Source: Heterodontus francisci
Taxonomy: Eukaryota
NCBI RefSeq assembly: GCF_036365525.1
Contig: NC_090399.1
Coordinates: 13,453,558 to 13,517,557 of the forward strand
Length of the DNA: 64,000 bases
Reading direction: 5' to 3'
The notes beneath the pieces were generated by a model. That model ran no database searches, was not told the origin of the DNA, and saw nothing but the letters and a program-made list of their open reading frames with translations. A program made the position numbers and the translations under genes. Position 1 is the stretch's first letter. Each line of letters begins with the position of its first letter. Shown here piece after piece: positions 10,605 through 22,590 of the stretch.

Positions 10605-13600
10605 CCCAGAGGGGGAAAGGACAGTGTCTGACCCACTGCCCCACCCAATCCCACAGTGGGGAAAGGACAGTGTCTGACCCACTGCCCACCCAGTCCCAGA
10701 GTGGGGAAAGGACAGTGTCTGACCCACTGCCCCACCCAGTTCCAGAGGGGGAAAGGACAGTGTCTGACCCACTGCCCACCCAGTCCCAGAGTGGGGAAAG
10801 GACAGTGTCTGACCCACTGCCCCACCCAGTTCCAGAGGGGGAAAGGACAGTGTCTGACTCACTGCCCACTCAGTCCCAGAGGGAGGAAAGGACAGTGTCT
10901 GACCCACTGCCCCATCCAGTCCCAGACAGGAAAAGGATAGTGTCTGACCCACTGCCCACTAAGTCCCAGAGGGGGAAAGGACAGTGTCTGAACCACTGCC
11001 CACTCAGTCCCAGAGAGGGAAAGGATAGTGTCTGACCCACTGCCCACTCAGTTCCAGAGGGAGGAAAGGACAGTGTCTGACCAACTGCCCGCTCAGTCCC
11101 AGAGAGGGAAAGGACAGCGTCTGAACCACTGCCCACTCAGTCCCAGAGGGGGAAAGGACAGTGTCTGACCCACCGCCCACTCAGTCCCAGAGAGGGAAAG
11201 GACAGTGTCTGACCCACTGCACCACCCAGTCCCAGAGGGGGGAAAGGACAGTGTCTGATCCATTGCATCACCCACTCCCAGAGGGGGAAAGGACAGTGTC
11301 TGACTCACTGCCCCACCCAGTGCAAGAGGAGGGAAAGGACATTGACTGACCCACTGCCCCACTCACTCCCAGAGGGGGGAAAGGACAGTGTCTGATCCAT
11401 TGCATCACCCACTCCCAGAGGGGGAAAGGACAGTGTCCGACCCATAGCCCCACCCAGTCACAGAGAGTGAAAGGACAGTGTCTGACCCACTGCCCACCCA
11501 TCCCAGAGGAGGAAAGGACAGTGTCTGACCCACTGCCCAACCCAGTCCCAGAGGTAGGAAAGCACTGTGTCTGACCCACTTCCCACCCAGTCCCAGAGGG
11601 AGGAAAGGACAGTGCCTGACCCACTGTCCCTCACAGTCCCAGAGGGGGGAAAGGACAGTGTCTGACCCACTGTCCCTCACAGTCCCAGAGGGTTAAAAGA
11701 CAGTGTCTGACCCACTGTCCCACCCAGTCCCAGAGGGGGGAAAGGACAGTGTCTGTCCCACTGCCACAACCAGTCCCAGTGGAGGAAAAGACAGTGTCTG
11801 ACCCACTGCACCACCAAGTCCCAGAGGGGGAAAGGACAGTGTCTGAGCCACTGCCCCACCCAGTCCCAGAGGGGGAAAGGACAGTGTCTGACCCACTGCA
11901 CCGCCCAGTCCCGGAGGGGGAATGGACAGTGTCTGACCCACTGTCCCACCCAGTCCCAGAGGTGGAAAAGACCGTCTCTGTCCTACTGTACTACCCTGTC
12001 CCGGAGGGGGAAAAGACCGTCTCTGACCCACTGTACCACCCAGTCCAGGAGGGGGAAAGGACAGTGTCTGACCCACTGCCCCACCCAGTGCCAGAGGAGG
12101 GAAAGGACAGTGTCTGATCCACTGCATCACCCACTCCCAGAGGGGGAAAGGACAGTGTCCGACCCACTGCCCCACCCAGTCACAGAGAGTGAAAGAACAG
12201 TGTCTGACCCACTGCCCACCCAGTCCCAGAGGGGGAAAGGACATTGTCTTACCCACTGCCCCACCCAGTTGCAAAGGGGTAAGGACAGTGTCTGACCCCC
12301 TGCCCCACCCAGTCCCAGAGGGGGAAAGGACAGTGTCTGACCCACTGCCCCACCCAGTCCCAGAGGGGGAACGGACAGTGTCTGACCCACTGCATCACCC
12401 AGTCCCAGAGGGAGGAACCGACAGTGTCTGACCCACTGTCCCACCCAGTCACGGAGGGGGAAAGGACAGTGTCTGACCCACTGTCCCACCCAGTCCCAGA
12501 GGTGGAAAAGACCGTCTCTGACCCACTGTACCATCCATTCCCGGAGGGAGAAAGGACAGTGTCTGAACCACTGTCCCACCCAGTCCCAGAGGGGGAAAGG
12601 ACAGAGTCTGACCCACTGTACACTCAGTCCCAGAAGGGGGATGAAAAGTGTCTGACCCACTGCCACACACAGTCCCAGAGGGGAAAAGACAGTGTCTGTC
12701 CCACTGCCCCACCCAGTCCCAGAGGGGGAAAGGACAGTGTCTGACCCACTGTCTCACGCGGTCCCAGAGGAGGAAAAGACAGTGTCTGACCCACAGTCTC
12801 ACCCAGTCCCGGAGGGGGAAAGGACAGTGTCTGACCCACTGCCCCACCCAGTCCCAGAGGGGGAAAGGACAGTGTCTGTCCCACTGCCCCACCAGTCCCA
12901 GAGGAGGAAAGGACAGTGTCTGACCCACTGTCTCATCCAGTCCCAGAGGGGGAGAAGACCGTCTCTGACCCCTGTCCCACCCAGTCCCAGAGGAGGAAAA
13001 GACAGTGTCTGACCCACTGCACCAGCCAGTCCCAGAGTAGGAAAGGACAGTGTCTGACCCACTGCATCACCCAGTCCTAGAGGAGGAAAGGACAGTGTCT
13101 GACCCACTGCATCACCCAGTCCTGGAGGAGGAAAGGACAGTGTTTGACCCACTGCACCACCCAATCCCAGAGGAGGAAAGGAAAGTGTCTGACCCACTTC
13201 CCCACCCACACCCAGAGTGGGAGAGTACAGTGTCTGACCCACTGCATCACCCAGTCCCAGAGGAGGAAAGGACAGTGTCTGACCCACTGTCCCACCCAGT
13301 CCCAGAGGTGGAAAAGACCGTCTCTGACCCACTGTACCATCCATTCCCGGAGGGAGAAAGGACAGTGTCTGAACCACTGCATCACCCAGTCCTGGAGGAG
13401 GAAAGGACAGTGTTTGACCCACTGCACCACCCAATCCCAGAGGAGGAAAGGAAAGTGTCTGACCCACTTCCCCACCCACACCCAGAGTGGGAGAGTACAG
13501 TGTCTGACCCACTGCATCACCCAGTCCCAGAGGAGGAAAGGACAGTGTCTGACCCACTGTCCCACCCAGTCCCAGAGGTGGAAAAGACCGTCTCTGACCC

Positions 13601-16600
13601 ACTGTACCATCCATTCCCGGAGGGGGAAAGGACAGTGTCTGACCCACTGTCCCACCCAGTCCCAGAGGTGGAAAAGACCGTCTCTGACCCACTGTACCAT
13701 CCATTCCCGGAGGGAGAAAGGACAGTGTCTGAACCACTGTCCCACCCAGTCCCAGAGGGGGAAAGGACAGAGTCTGACCCACTGTACACTCAGTCCCAGA
13801 AGGGGGATGAAAAGTGTCTGACCCACTGCCACACACAGTCCCAGAGGGGAAAAGACAGTGTCTGTCCCACTGCCCCACCCAGTCCCAGAGGGGGAAAGGA
13901 CAGTGTCTGACCCACAGTCTCACCCAGTCCCGGAGGGGGAAAGGACAGTGTCTGACCCACTGCCCCACCCAGTCCCAGAGGGGGAAAGGACAGTGTCTGT
14001 CCCACTGCCCCACCAGTCCCAGAGGAGGAAAGGACAGTGTCTGACCCACTGTCTCATCCAGTCCCAGAGGGGGAGAAGACCGTCTCTGACCCCTGTCCCA
14101 CCCAGTCCCAGAGGAGGAAAAGACAGTGTCTGACCCAATGCACCAGCCAGTCCCAGAGTAGGAAAGGACAGTGTCTGACCCACTGCATCACCCAGTCCTA
14201 GAGGAGGAAAGGACAGTGTCTGACCCACTGCATCACCCAGTCCTGGAGGAGGAAAGGACAGTGTTTGACCCACTGCACCACCCAATCCCAGAGGAGGAAA
14301 GGAAAGTGTCTGACCCACTTCCCCACCCAGACCCAGAGTGGGAGAGTACAGTGTCTGACCCACTGCATCACCCAGTCCTAGAGGAGGAAAGGACAGTGTC
14401 TGACCCACTGCACCACCCAGTCCCAGAGGGAGGAAAGGACAGTGTCTGACCCACTGCACCACCCAGTCCCAGAGGGAGGAACGGACAGTGTCTGACCCAC
14501 TGCCCCACCCAGTGCCAGAAGAGGGAAAGGACAGTGTCTGACCCACTGCACCACCCAGGCCCAGAGGGAGTAAAGGACAGTGCCTGACCCACTGCCCCAA
14601 CCAGTCCCAGTGGAGGAAAAGACAGTGTCTGACCCACTGCACCACCAAGTCCCAGAGGGGGAAAGGACAGTGTCTGACCCACTGCACCGCCCAGTCCCAG
14701 AGGGGAGAAAGGACAGTGTCTGAGCCACTGCCCCACCCAGTCCCAGAGGGGGAAAGAACAGTGTCTGACCCACTGCACCGCCCATTCCCGGAGGGGGAAT
14801 GGACAGTGTCTGACCCACTGCCCCACCCAGTCCCGGGGGGGGGGGGGAAAGGACAGTGTCTGACCCACTATCCCATCCAGTCCCAGAGGTGGAAAAGACC
14901 GTCTCTGTCCTACTGTACTACCCTGTCCCGGAGGGGGAAAAGACCGTCTCTGACCCACTGTACCACCCAGTTCCGGAGGGGGAAAGGACAGTGTCTGACC
15001 CACTGCCCCACTCACTCCCAGAGGCGGGAAAGGACAGTGTCTGATCCACTGCATCACCCATTCCCAGAGGGGGAAAGGACAGTGTCTGACCCACTGCCCC
15101 ACCCAGTCACAGAGAGTGAAAGAACAGTGTCTGACCCACTGCCCACCCAGTCCCAGAGGGGGAAAGGACATTGTCTTACCCACTGCCCCACCCAGTTGCA
15201 GAGGGGTAAGGACAGTGTCTGACCCCCTGCCCCACCCAGTCCCAGAGGGGGAAAGGACAGTGTCTGACCCCCTGCCCCACCCAGTCCCAGAGGGGGAAAG
15301 GACAGTGTCTGACCCACTGCCCCACCCAGTCCCAGAGGGGGAAAGGACAGTGTCTGACCCACTGCCCCACCCAGTCCCAGAGGGAGGAAAGGACTGTGTC
15401 TGACCCACTGTCCCACCCATTCCCAGAGGGTTAAAAGACAGTGTCTGACCCACTGTCCCACCCAGTCACGGAGGGGGAAAGGACAGTGTCTGACCCACTG
15501 TCCCACCCAGTCCCAGAGGAGGAAAAGACCGTCTCTGACCCACTGTACCACTCATTCCCGGAGGGAGAAAGGACAGTGTCTGAACCACTGTCCCACCCAG
15601 TCCCAGAGGGGGAACCGACAGAGTCTGACCCACTGTACACTCAGTCCCAGAGGGGGGATGAAAAGTGTCTGACCCACTGCCACACACAGTCCCAGAGGGG
15701 AAAAGACAGTGTCTGTCCCACTGCCCCACCCAGTCCCAGAGGAGGAAAGGACAGTGTCTGACCCACTGTCTCACGCGGTCCCAGAGGAGGAAAAGACAGT
15801 GTCTGACCCACAGTCTCACCCAGTCCCATGAGGGAGAAGACAATGTCTGACCCACTGCCCCATCCAGTCCCAGAAGGGGAAAGGACAGTGTCTGTCCCAC
15901 TGCCCCACCCAGTCCCAGAGGGGGAAAGGACAGTATCTGTCCCACTGCCCCAACCAGTCCCAGCGGAGGAAAAGACAATGTTTGACCCACTGCCCAACTC
16001 CCTCCCAGAGGGGGAAAGGACAGTGTCTGACCCACTGCCCCACCCAGTCCCAGAGGGGGAAAGGACAGTGTCTGACCCACTGCACCACCCAGTCCAGAGG
16101 GAGGAAAGGACAGTGTCTGACCCACTGCCCTGCCCAGTCACAGGGGGAGAAAGGACAGTGTCTGACCCACTGCTCACCCAGTCCCAGAGAGGGAAAGGGC
16201 ATTGTCTGACCCACTGCACCACCAAGTCCCAGAGGGAGGAAAGGACAGTGTCTGACCCACTGCACCACCCAGTCCCAGAGGGAGGAAAGGAAAGTGTCTG
16301 ACCCACTGCCCCACCCAGTGCCAGAGGAGGGAAAGGACAGTGTCTGACCCACTGCACCACCCAGGCCCAGAGGGTGGAAAGGATAGTGTCTGACCCACTG
16401 CACCACCCAGTCCCAGAGGGAGGAAAGGACAGTGCCTGACCCACTGCCCTGCCCAGTCACAGAGGGAGAAAGGACAGTGTCTGACCCACTGCTCACCCAG
16501 TGCCAGAGGAGGGAAAGGGCAGTGTCTGACCCACTGCACCACCCAGTCCCAGAGGGAGGAAAGGACAGTGTCTGACCCACTGCACCACCCAGTCCCAGAG

Positions 16601-18595
16601 GGAGGAAAGGAAAGTGTCTGACCCACTGCCCCACCCAGTGCCAGAGGAGGGAAAGGACAGTGTCTGACCCACTGCACCACCCAGGCCCAGAGGGAGGAAA
16701 GGACAGTGTCTGAACCACTGCACCACCCAGTCCCTGAGGGAGGAAAGGACAGTGCCTGACCCACTGCCCTGCCCAGTCACAGAGGGAGAAAGGACAGTGT
16801 CTGACCAACTGCTCACCCAGTCCCAGAGAGGGAAAGGACAGTGTCTGACCCACTGCCCCTCCCAGTCCCAGAGGGGGAAAGGACTGTGTCTGACCCATTG
16901 CCCCACCCAGTCCCAGAGGGGGTAAGGACAGTGTCTGACCCACTGCACCGCCCAGTCCCAGAGGGGGGAAAGGACTGTGTCTGACCCATTGCCCCACCCA
17001 GTCCCAGAGGGGGAAAGGACAGTGTCTGACCCACTGCCCTACCCAGTCCCAGAGGGGGAAAAGACTGTGTCTGACCCACTGCCCCACCCAGTCCCAGAGG
17101 AGGAAAGGACAGTGTCTGACCCACTGCCCCACCCAGTCCCAGAGGGGGGAAAGGACAGTGTCTGATCCACTGCATCACCAAGTCCCAGTGTTGGAAAGGA
17201 CAGTGTCTGACCCACTGCCCCACACAGTCCCAGAGGGGGAAAGGACAGTGTCTGACCCACTGCACCACCCAGTCCCAGAGGGAGGAAAGGACAGTGTCTG
17301 ATCCACTGCATCACCCACTCCCAGAGGGGGAAAGGACAGTGTCCGACCCACTGCCCCACCCTGTCCCAGAGGGGGGAAAGGACAGTGTCTGACCCACTGC
17401 ACCACCCAGTCCCAGAGGGAGGAAAGGACAGTGTCTGATCCACTGCATCACCCAGTCCCGGAGGGGGAATGGACAGAGTCTGACCCACTGCAGCGCCCAG
17501 TCCCAGAGGGGGGAAACGACAGTGTCTGACCCACTGCTCCACCCAGTCCCAGAGGGGGGAAAGGACAGTGTCTGACCCACTGTCCCACCCAGTCCCAGAG
17601 GGGGAAAGGACAGTGTCTGACCCACAGTCCCACCCTCTCCCAAAGGGGGAAAGGACATTATCTGTCCCACTGCCCCACTCAGTCCCAGAGAGGAAAAGGA
17701 AAGTGCCTGACTCACTGTCTCACCCAGTCCCAGAGGGGGAAAGGACAGTGTCTGACCCACTGCCCCACCCAGTCCCAGAGGGGGAAAGGACAGTGTCTGT
17801 CCCACTGCCCCACCCATTCCCGGAGGGGGAAAGGACAGTGTCTGACCCACAGCCCCACCCAGTCCCAGAGGGGGAAAGGACAGTGTCTGTCCCACTGCCC
17901 CACCAGTCCCAGAGGAGGAAAAGACAGTGTCTGACCCACTGCCCCACCCAGTCCCAGAGGGGGAAAGGACAGTGTCTGTCCCACTGCCCCACCCATTCCC
18001 AGAGGGGGAAAGGACAGTGTCTGACCCACTGTCTCATCCAGTCCCAGAGGGGGAGAAGACCGTCTCTGACCCCTGTCCCACCCAGTCCCAGAGGAGGAAA
18101 AGACAGTGTCTGACCCACTGCACCAGCCAGTCCCAGAGTAGGAAAGGACAGTGTCTGACCCACTGCATCACCCAGTCCTAGAGGAGGAAAGGACAGTGTC
18201 TGACCCACTGCATCACCCAGTCCTGGAGGAGGAAAGGACAGTGTTTGACCCACTGCACCACCCAATCCCAGAGGAGGAAAGGAAAGTGTCTGACCCACTT
18301 CCCCACCCAGTCCCAGAGTGGGAGAGTACAATGTCTGACCCACTGCATCACCCAGTCCCAGAGGAGGAAAGGACAGTGTCTGACCCACTGCACCACCCAA
18401 TCCCAGAGGAGGAAAGGAAAGTGTCTGACCCACTGCACCACCCAGTCCCAGAGTGGGAGAGTACAGTGTCTGACCCACTGCATCACCCAGTCCCAGAGGG
18501 GGAGAGTACAGTGTCTGACCCACTGCATCACCCAGTCCCAGAGGAGGAAAGGACAGTGTCTGACCCACTTCCCCACCCAATCCCAGAGGGGGAAT
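10605..18595. repeat. ~8-kb GC-rich satellite, 44-46-bp unit, ~175 copies, with higher-order block duplications
   Basis: Consensus CCCAGAGGGGGAAAGGACAGTGTCTGACCCACTGCCCCACCCAGT; period 45 (15241 to 15286). Confidence 0.95.
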
Positions 18596-18989
18596 GGCGA
18601 GTGTTTTATCCTTCACACCATCCAGTCTCTCTCTTAGTGTGTACGTTCTGAAACTAGTTGCATGGACTTTCCAATGCAATGGCAGAGCTTGATTGACTCA
18701 TTTGCCCCTTTTTCATTCGTCAACTAATTCCAAAATCAATGGTTCACAATTTGTCCTCAAGAAATGTGATTGTCCGCTTGGTCTTTGAACAATAGCAACA
18801 AGCCAACCTTGAAATAAATGGGCTAATTTATTTTTTGTCCAATTTTGTGTTCAGTTAATTCTTTGTGTTCTTCTTGTTTTTTTGTTAAAGCAGACAGAAA
18901 ATTTTCAGAATACTTCTCGTTCTGAGATATCATCAAGAACTTGCATTTATATAGAACCTTAATACATCACAAGGCACTTTGTGGGAAAC

Positions 18990-19930
18990 ACAATTTGTTC
19001 TGATTAGTAAATTTGCAGACGACACAAAGGTTGGTGGAGTTGCGGATAAGGATGAGGATTGTCAGAGGATACAGCAGGATATAGATCGGTTGGAGACTTG
19101 GGCGGAGAAATGGCAGATGGAGTTTAATCCGGACAAATGTGAGGTAATGCATTTTGGAAGGTCTAATGCAGGTGGGAGGTATACAGTAAATGGCAGAACC
19201 CTTCGGAGTATTGACAGGCAGAGAGATCTGGGCGTACAGGTCCACAGGTCACTGAAAGTGGCAACGCAGGTGGATAAGGTAGTCAAGAAGGCATACGGCA
19301 TGCTTGCCTTCATCGGTCGGGGCATCGAGTATAAAAATAGGCAAGTCCTGTTGCAGCTGTACAGAACTTTAGTTAGGCCACACTTAGAATATTGCGTGCA
19401 ATTCTGGTCGCCACACGACCAGAAGGACGTGGAGGCTTTGGAGATGGTACAGAGGAGATTTACCAGGATGTTGCCTGGTCTGGAGGGCATTAGCTATGAG
19501 GAGAGGTTGGAAAAACTCGGATTGTTTTCACTGGAACGACGGAGGTGGAGGGGTGACATGATAGAGGTTTACAAAGTTATGAGCGGCATGGACAGAGTGG
19601 ATAGTCAGAAGCTTTATCCCAGGATGGAAGAGTCAGTTACTAGGGGACATAGGTTTAAGGTGCGAGGGGCAAAGTTTAGAGGGGATGTGCGAGGCAAGTT
19701 TTTTACACAGAGGGTGGTGAGGGCCTGGAACTTGCTGCCGGGGGAGGTGATGGAGGCAGATACGATAGCGACGTTTAAGAGACGTCTTGACAAATATATG
19801 AATAGGATGGGAATAGAGGGATATGGGCCCTGGAAGTGCAGAAGGTGTTCGTTTAGGCAGGCATCAAGATCGGCGCAGGCTTGGAGGGCTGAATGGCCTG
19901 TTCCTGTGCTGTACTGTTCTTTGTTCTTTG
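18990..19930 (+). mobile_element. CR1 LINE, 5'-truncated, with open RT C-terminal region
   Basis: ISKFADDTKVGG...WQMEFNPDKCEVMHFG...LVRPHLEYCVQFWSP...RGDMIEVYK; ends in a TTCTTTG microsatellite tail. Confidence 0.95.
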
Positions 19931-20779
19931 TTTGACAGCAAGCCACGTATCAAGGCGATATCGGGAATAGTGACCAAAAGCTTAATCAATCAAGTAAGTT
20001 TTAAGGAGCATCTTAAAGGACGAGACAGAGGTAGAGAGGTCGAGAGGTGGAGAGGTTTAGGGAGGGAATTCCACAGTTTGGGCCTCGGCAGCAGATTGCA
20101 TGACAGCCAGTGCCTAAACGACTAAAACCTGGGATGCGCAAGAGACCAGGTTGGGGGGAGCAGAGATATATTGGAGGTTTGTAGTAATGGAGAAGGTTAC
20201 ACAGAGAGGGAGGAGTGAGGCCTTTGCTATCATCACCTTGAATATTTAATGACCAGATTTAAGCTGATAAATGAATTATTGACTTGACAAGGAACTATTG
20301 TTGATTACAATTAAAACATAGTCATATTTTTCACATAATACATCGCGTTTTCCATAGAAAATGAACTTTGGCAAAAATATTAAATAAAACATGTAACTTT
20401 ATGCTAAAGTGAAGGGGGGGTGGATTTTGTCTCAAAATGGATTCTGAAAAGTGAACCTTGTCTTTTAAAAGCTATTCTTCACAAATTATTGTTGTAGGTT
20501 CCTGAAGTGTCCACAGAACATTACTTTATCTGTCAGTCAACCTTCTTTTAAATGGCTTAATTTGTCAATGTGCAGAGAAATTGTGATGCAGGGATCCAAA
20601 CAACTGCCTCCTGTCTGTCACTGATAGTGATGTCTTGGTTCACAATTCGTTTCATCAGGAAGCAAAATATCACCCTCTGTTGGCTTGTACATGTAAACGG
20701 ACTGAGAAATAAACTCTTGGTGCAGTTTATTGTATGGAAACTGGTGCAGCTTCTGACACTTACATAGAGAGGAAATGTC

Positions 20780-21540
20780 ACAATGTTATATAACATCCCA
20801 AAGCGCCTGCAGCCAATGAAGTATTTTTGAAGAGTAGTTGCCGTTGTAATGAAGGAAACACAACAGATAATTTGTGCACAGCAAGCTCCCACAGGCAGCA
20901 ATGTGACAAATAACCAGATCTTAGTGATGTTGGTTCAGGGCTAAAGATTGGCTAGGAAACTGGGTGGAAGTCTTCTTCAAATTAATGTCACAGGATCTTA
21001 TACTAAAGTGAGCTACCCGACCCGAACCCAATCAGAACTGATGACATGTGTCGGGTTCGGGCGGGTCAGATCTCTCTTCTGGGTCCAGCATTCGGGCTCG
21101 GGTTGGGTCGGGCTGGATGTGGACAGTGCTGCCTTGCTCTGGGAAGTAACCTGCAAATGAACATTCAGGACGTCAAGGCGGGAAACATACAGTCTGGCCT
21201 CCGCACTCTGCAGTAAAGCCTGTCTACCCGACCAAACCCAACTACACGTGTCGGGTTCGGGTCGGGTCGGGCATTGAAAGAAATTAAAGGACTCGGGGCC
21301 GGGGTTGGGCCCGGGTCGGGTTTTAATTTTATACCCGAGCCAGGCCTTTCCTTATAAATCCACCGGAGAGGGCAGACGGGCCTTAGTTTAATGTCTTGTC
21401 CAAAAGATAACACCTCCAACAGCGTAGCATTCCCTCGAAGCGGCAGCCTAGATTTTGTGCTCAAGCCTCTGGAGTGGTACCTGAACACACAAAGCTGACT
21501 CAGAGACAAGGGCGCTACTGAGTGAGCCACAGCTGACACC
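20780..21540 (-). mobile_element. Deu-domain SINE interrupted by a MITE
   Basis: Reverse complement of the 320-765 family, split at 21004-21349. Confidence 0.65.
21004..21349. mobile_element. Non-autonomous DNA transposon (hAT-like MITE) with ACCCG/CGGGT subterminal repeats
   Basis: Termini TAAAG...CCAGGCCTTT; flanks TCTTATAC / CCTTATAA (degenerate 8-bp TSD). A second copy lies at 49870-51322. Confidence 0.6.
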
Positions 21541-22054
21541 ATGAATCATTGGCTCCTATCACTTGTTAGCCTTGATTACAAATGCTTTCTCTCTACTCCC
21601 CAGTGGCTTTATTGGTATGTACTTTCCTGAGGAGGTACCATTGGGCCGTACAGACCAAGTTTGACTTCTGTTATGCGCTTTTGTAGCTAACCTCACCTGG
21701 AGCAGCAGTATAAAGAGTCACAGTTGGCTTCTGACTCTCTCCTGTGTCAGGGGTGAGAAAGACAGTCAGGGTTCCTGTTCCTGATTGTGATCCCCATAAC
21801 TCCTGCTGGAGAGTCCATCCACTTCTACATGGGAACATCAGGTGAGAAGAGGGTAGGTGGCTGCGATGCCCACTGTTCACCGCTGACCCATTTTAATTGC
21901 TCCATCATTGGTGGCCGTGTCCTCAGCTGCTTGTGCCCTAAACTCTGAAACTCCCTCCCTACACCTCACTGACTCTCTACCTCTTTTTCCTTCTTTAAGA
22001 TGCTCCTCACTTGACCTCATACCACCTTATGGTGGCTCGGTGGCAAACTTTGTA

Positions 22055-22590
22055 TCGGAGCATAGGAGCAGGAGGATGCTACTTAGCTCCTTGAGTTTGT
22101 TCCGCCCGCCAGTCAATGAGAATATGGCTGATCTGCGACCTATCTCCATCTGCTCGCCTTTGCCCCCATATCCCTTAATGCCTTTGGTTAACAGCAGTCT
22201 ATCAATCTCAGATTTCACATTAATAATTGATTTAGCATCAATTGCCATTTGCAGAAGAGAGTTCCAAACTTGCACCACCCTGTACATGAAGACGTGGTTC
22301 CTAATTTCACTCTTGAAAGGTCTGGCTCTAATCTTTTAGACTTCCCCCCCCTAGAACTAGGCTATGCAACTAGCAGGAATAATTTCTCCCTATCTACCCT
22401 ATCAGTTCCCCTTAATATCTTGAAAACCTGGATCAAATCACTCCTTAACCTTCTAAATTCCAGGGAAGGCCACCCTAATTTACTCTCCTCGTAATTTAAC
22501 ATTTGGAGTCCAGGCACATTGCACTTTCTCCAAGGCCAGTATATCTTTCCTTACATGTGGTGCCCAGAACTGCTCATAGAATTCCTTGTG
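22055..22590 (-). mobile_element. CR1 LINE 3' fragment
   Basis: Peptide RVVQVWNSL...INVKSEIDRLL plus 3' UTR. Confidence 0.7.

Noticed and set aside
10526-18679. Dozens of long ORFs (up to 438 aa) with VSDPLPHPVPEGERT / QWVRHCPFPLWDW repeats
   Set aside because: By-product of a 45-bp (multiple of 3) satellite; open on both strands with frequent 1-nt indels and no gene structure.
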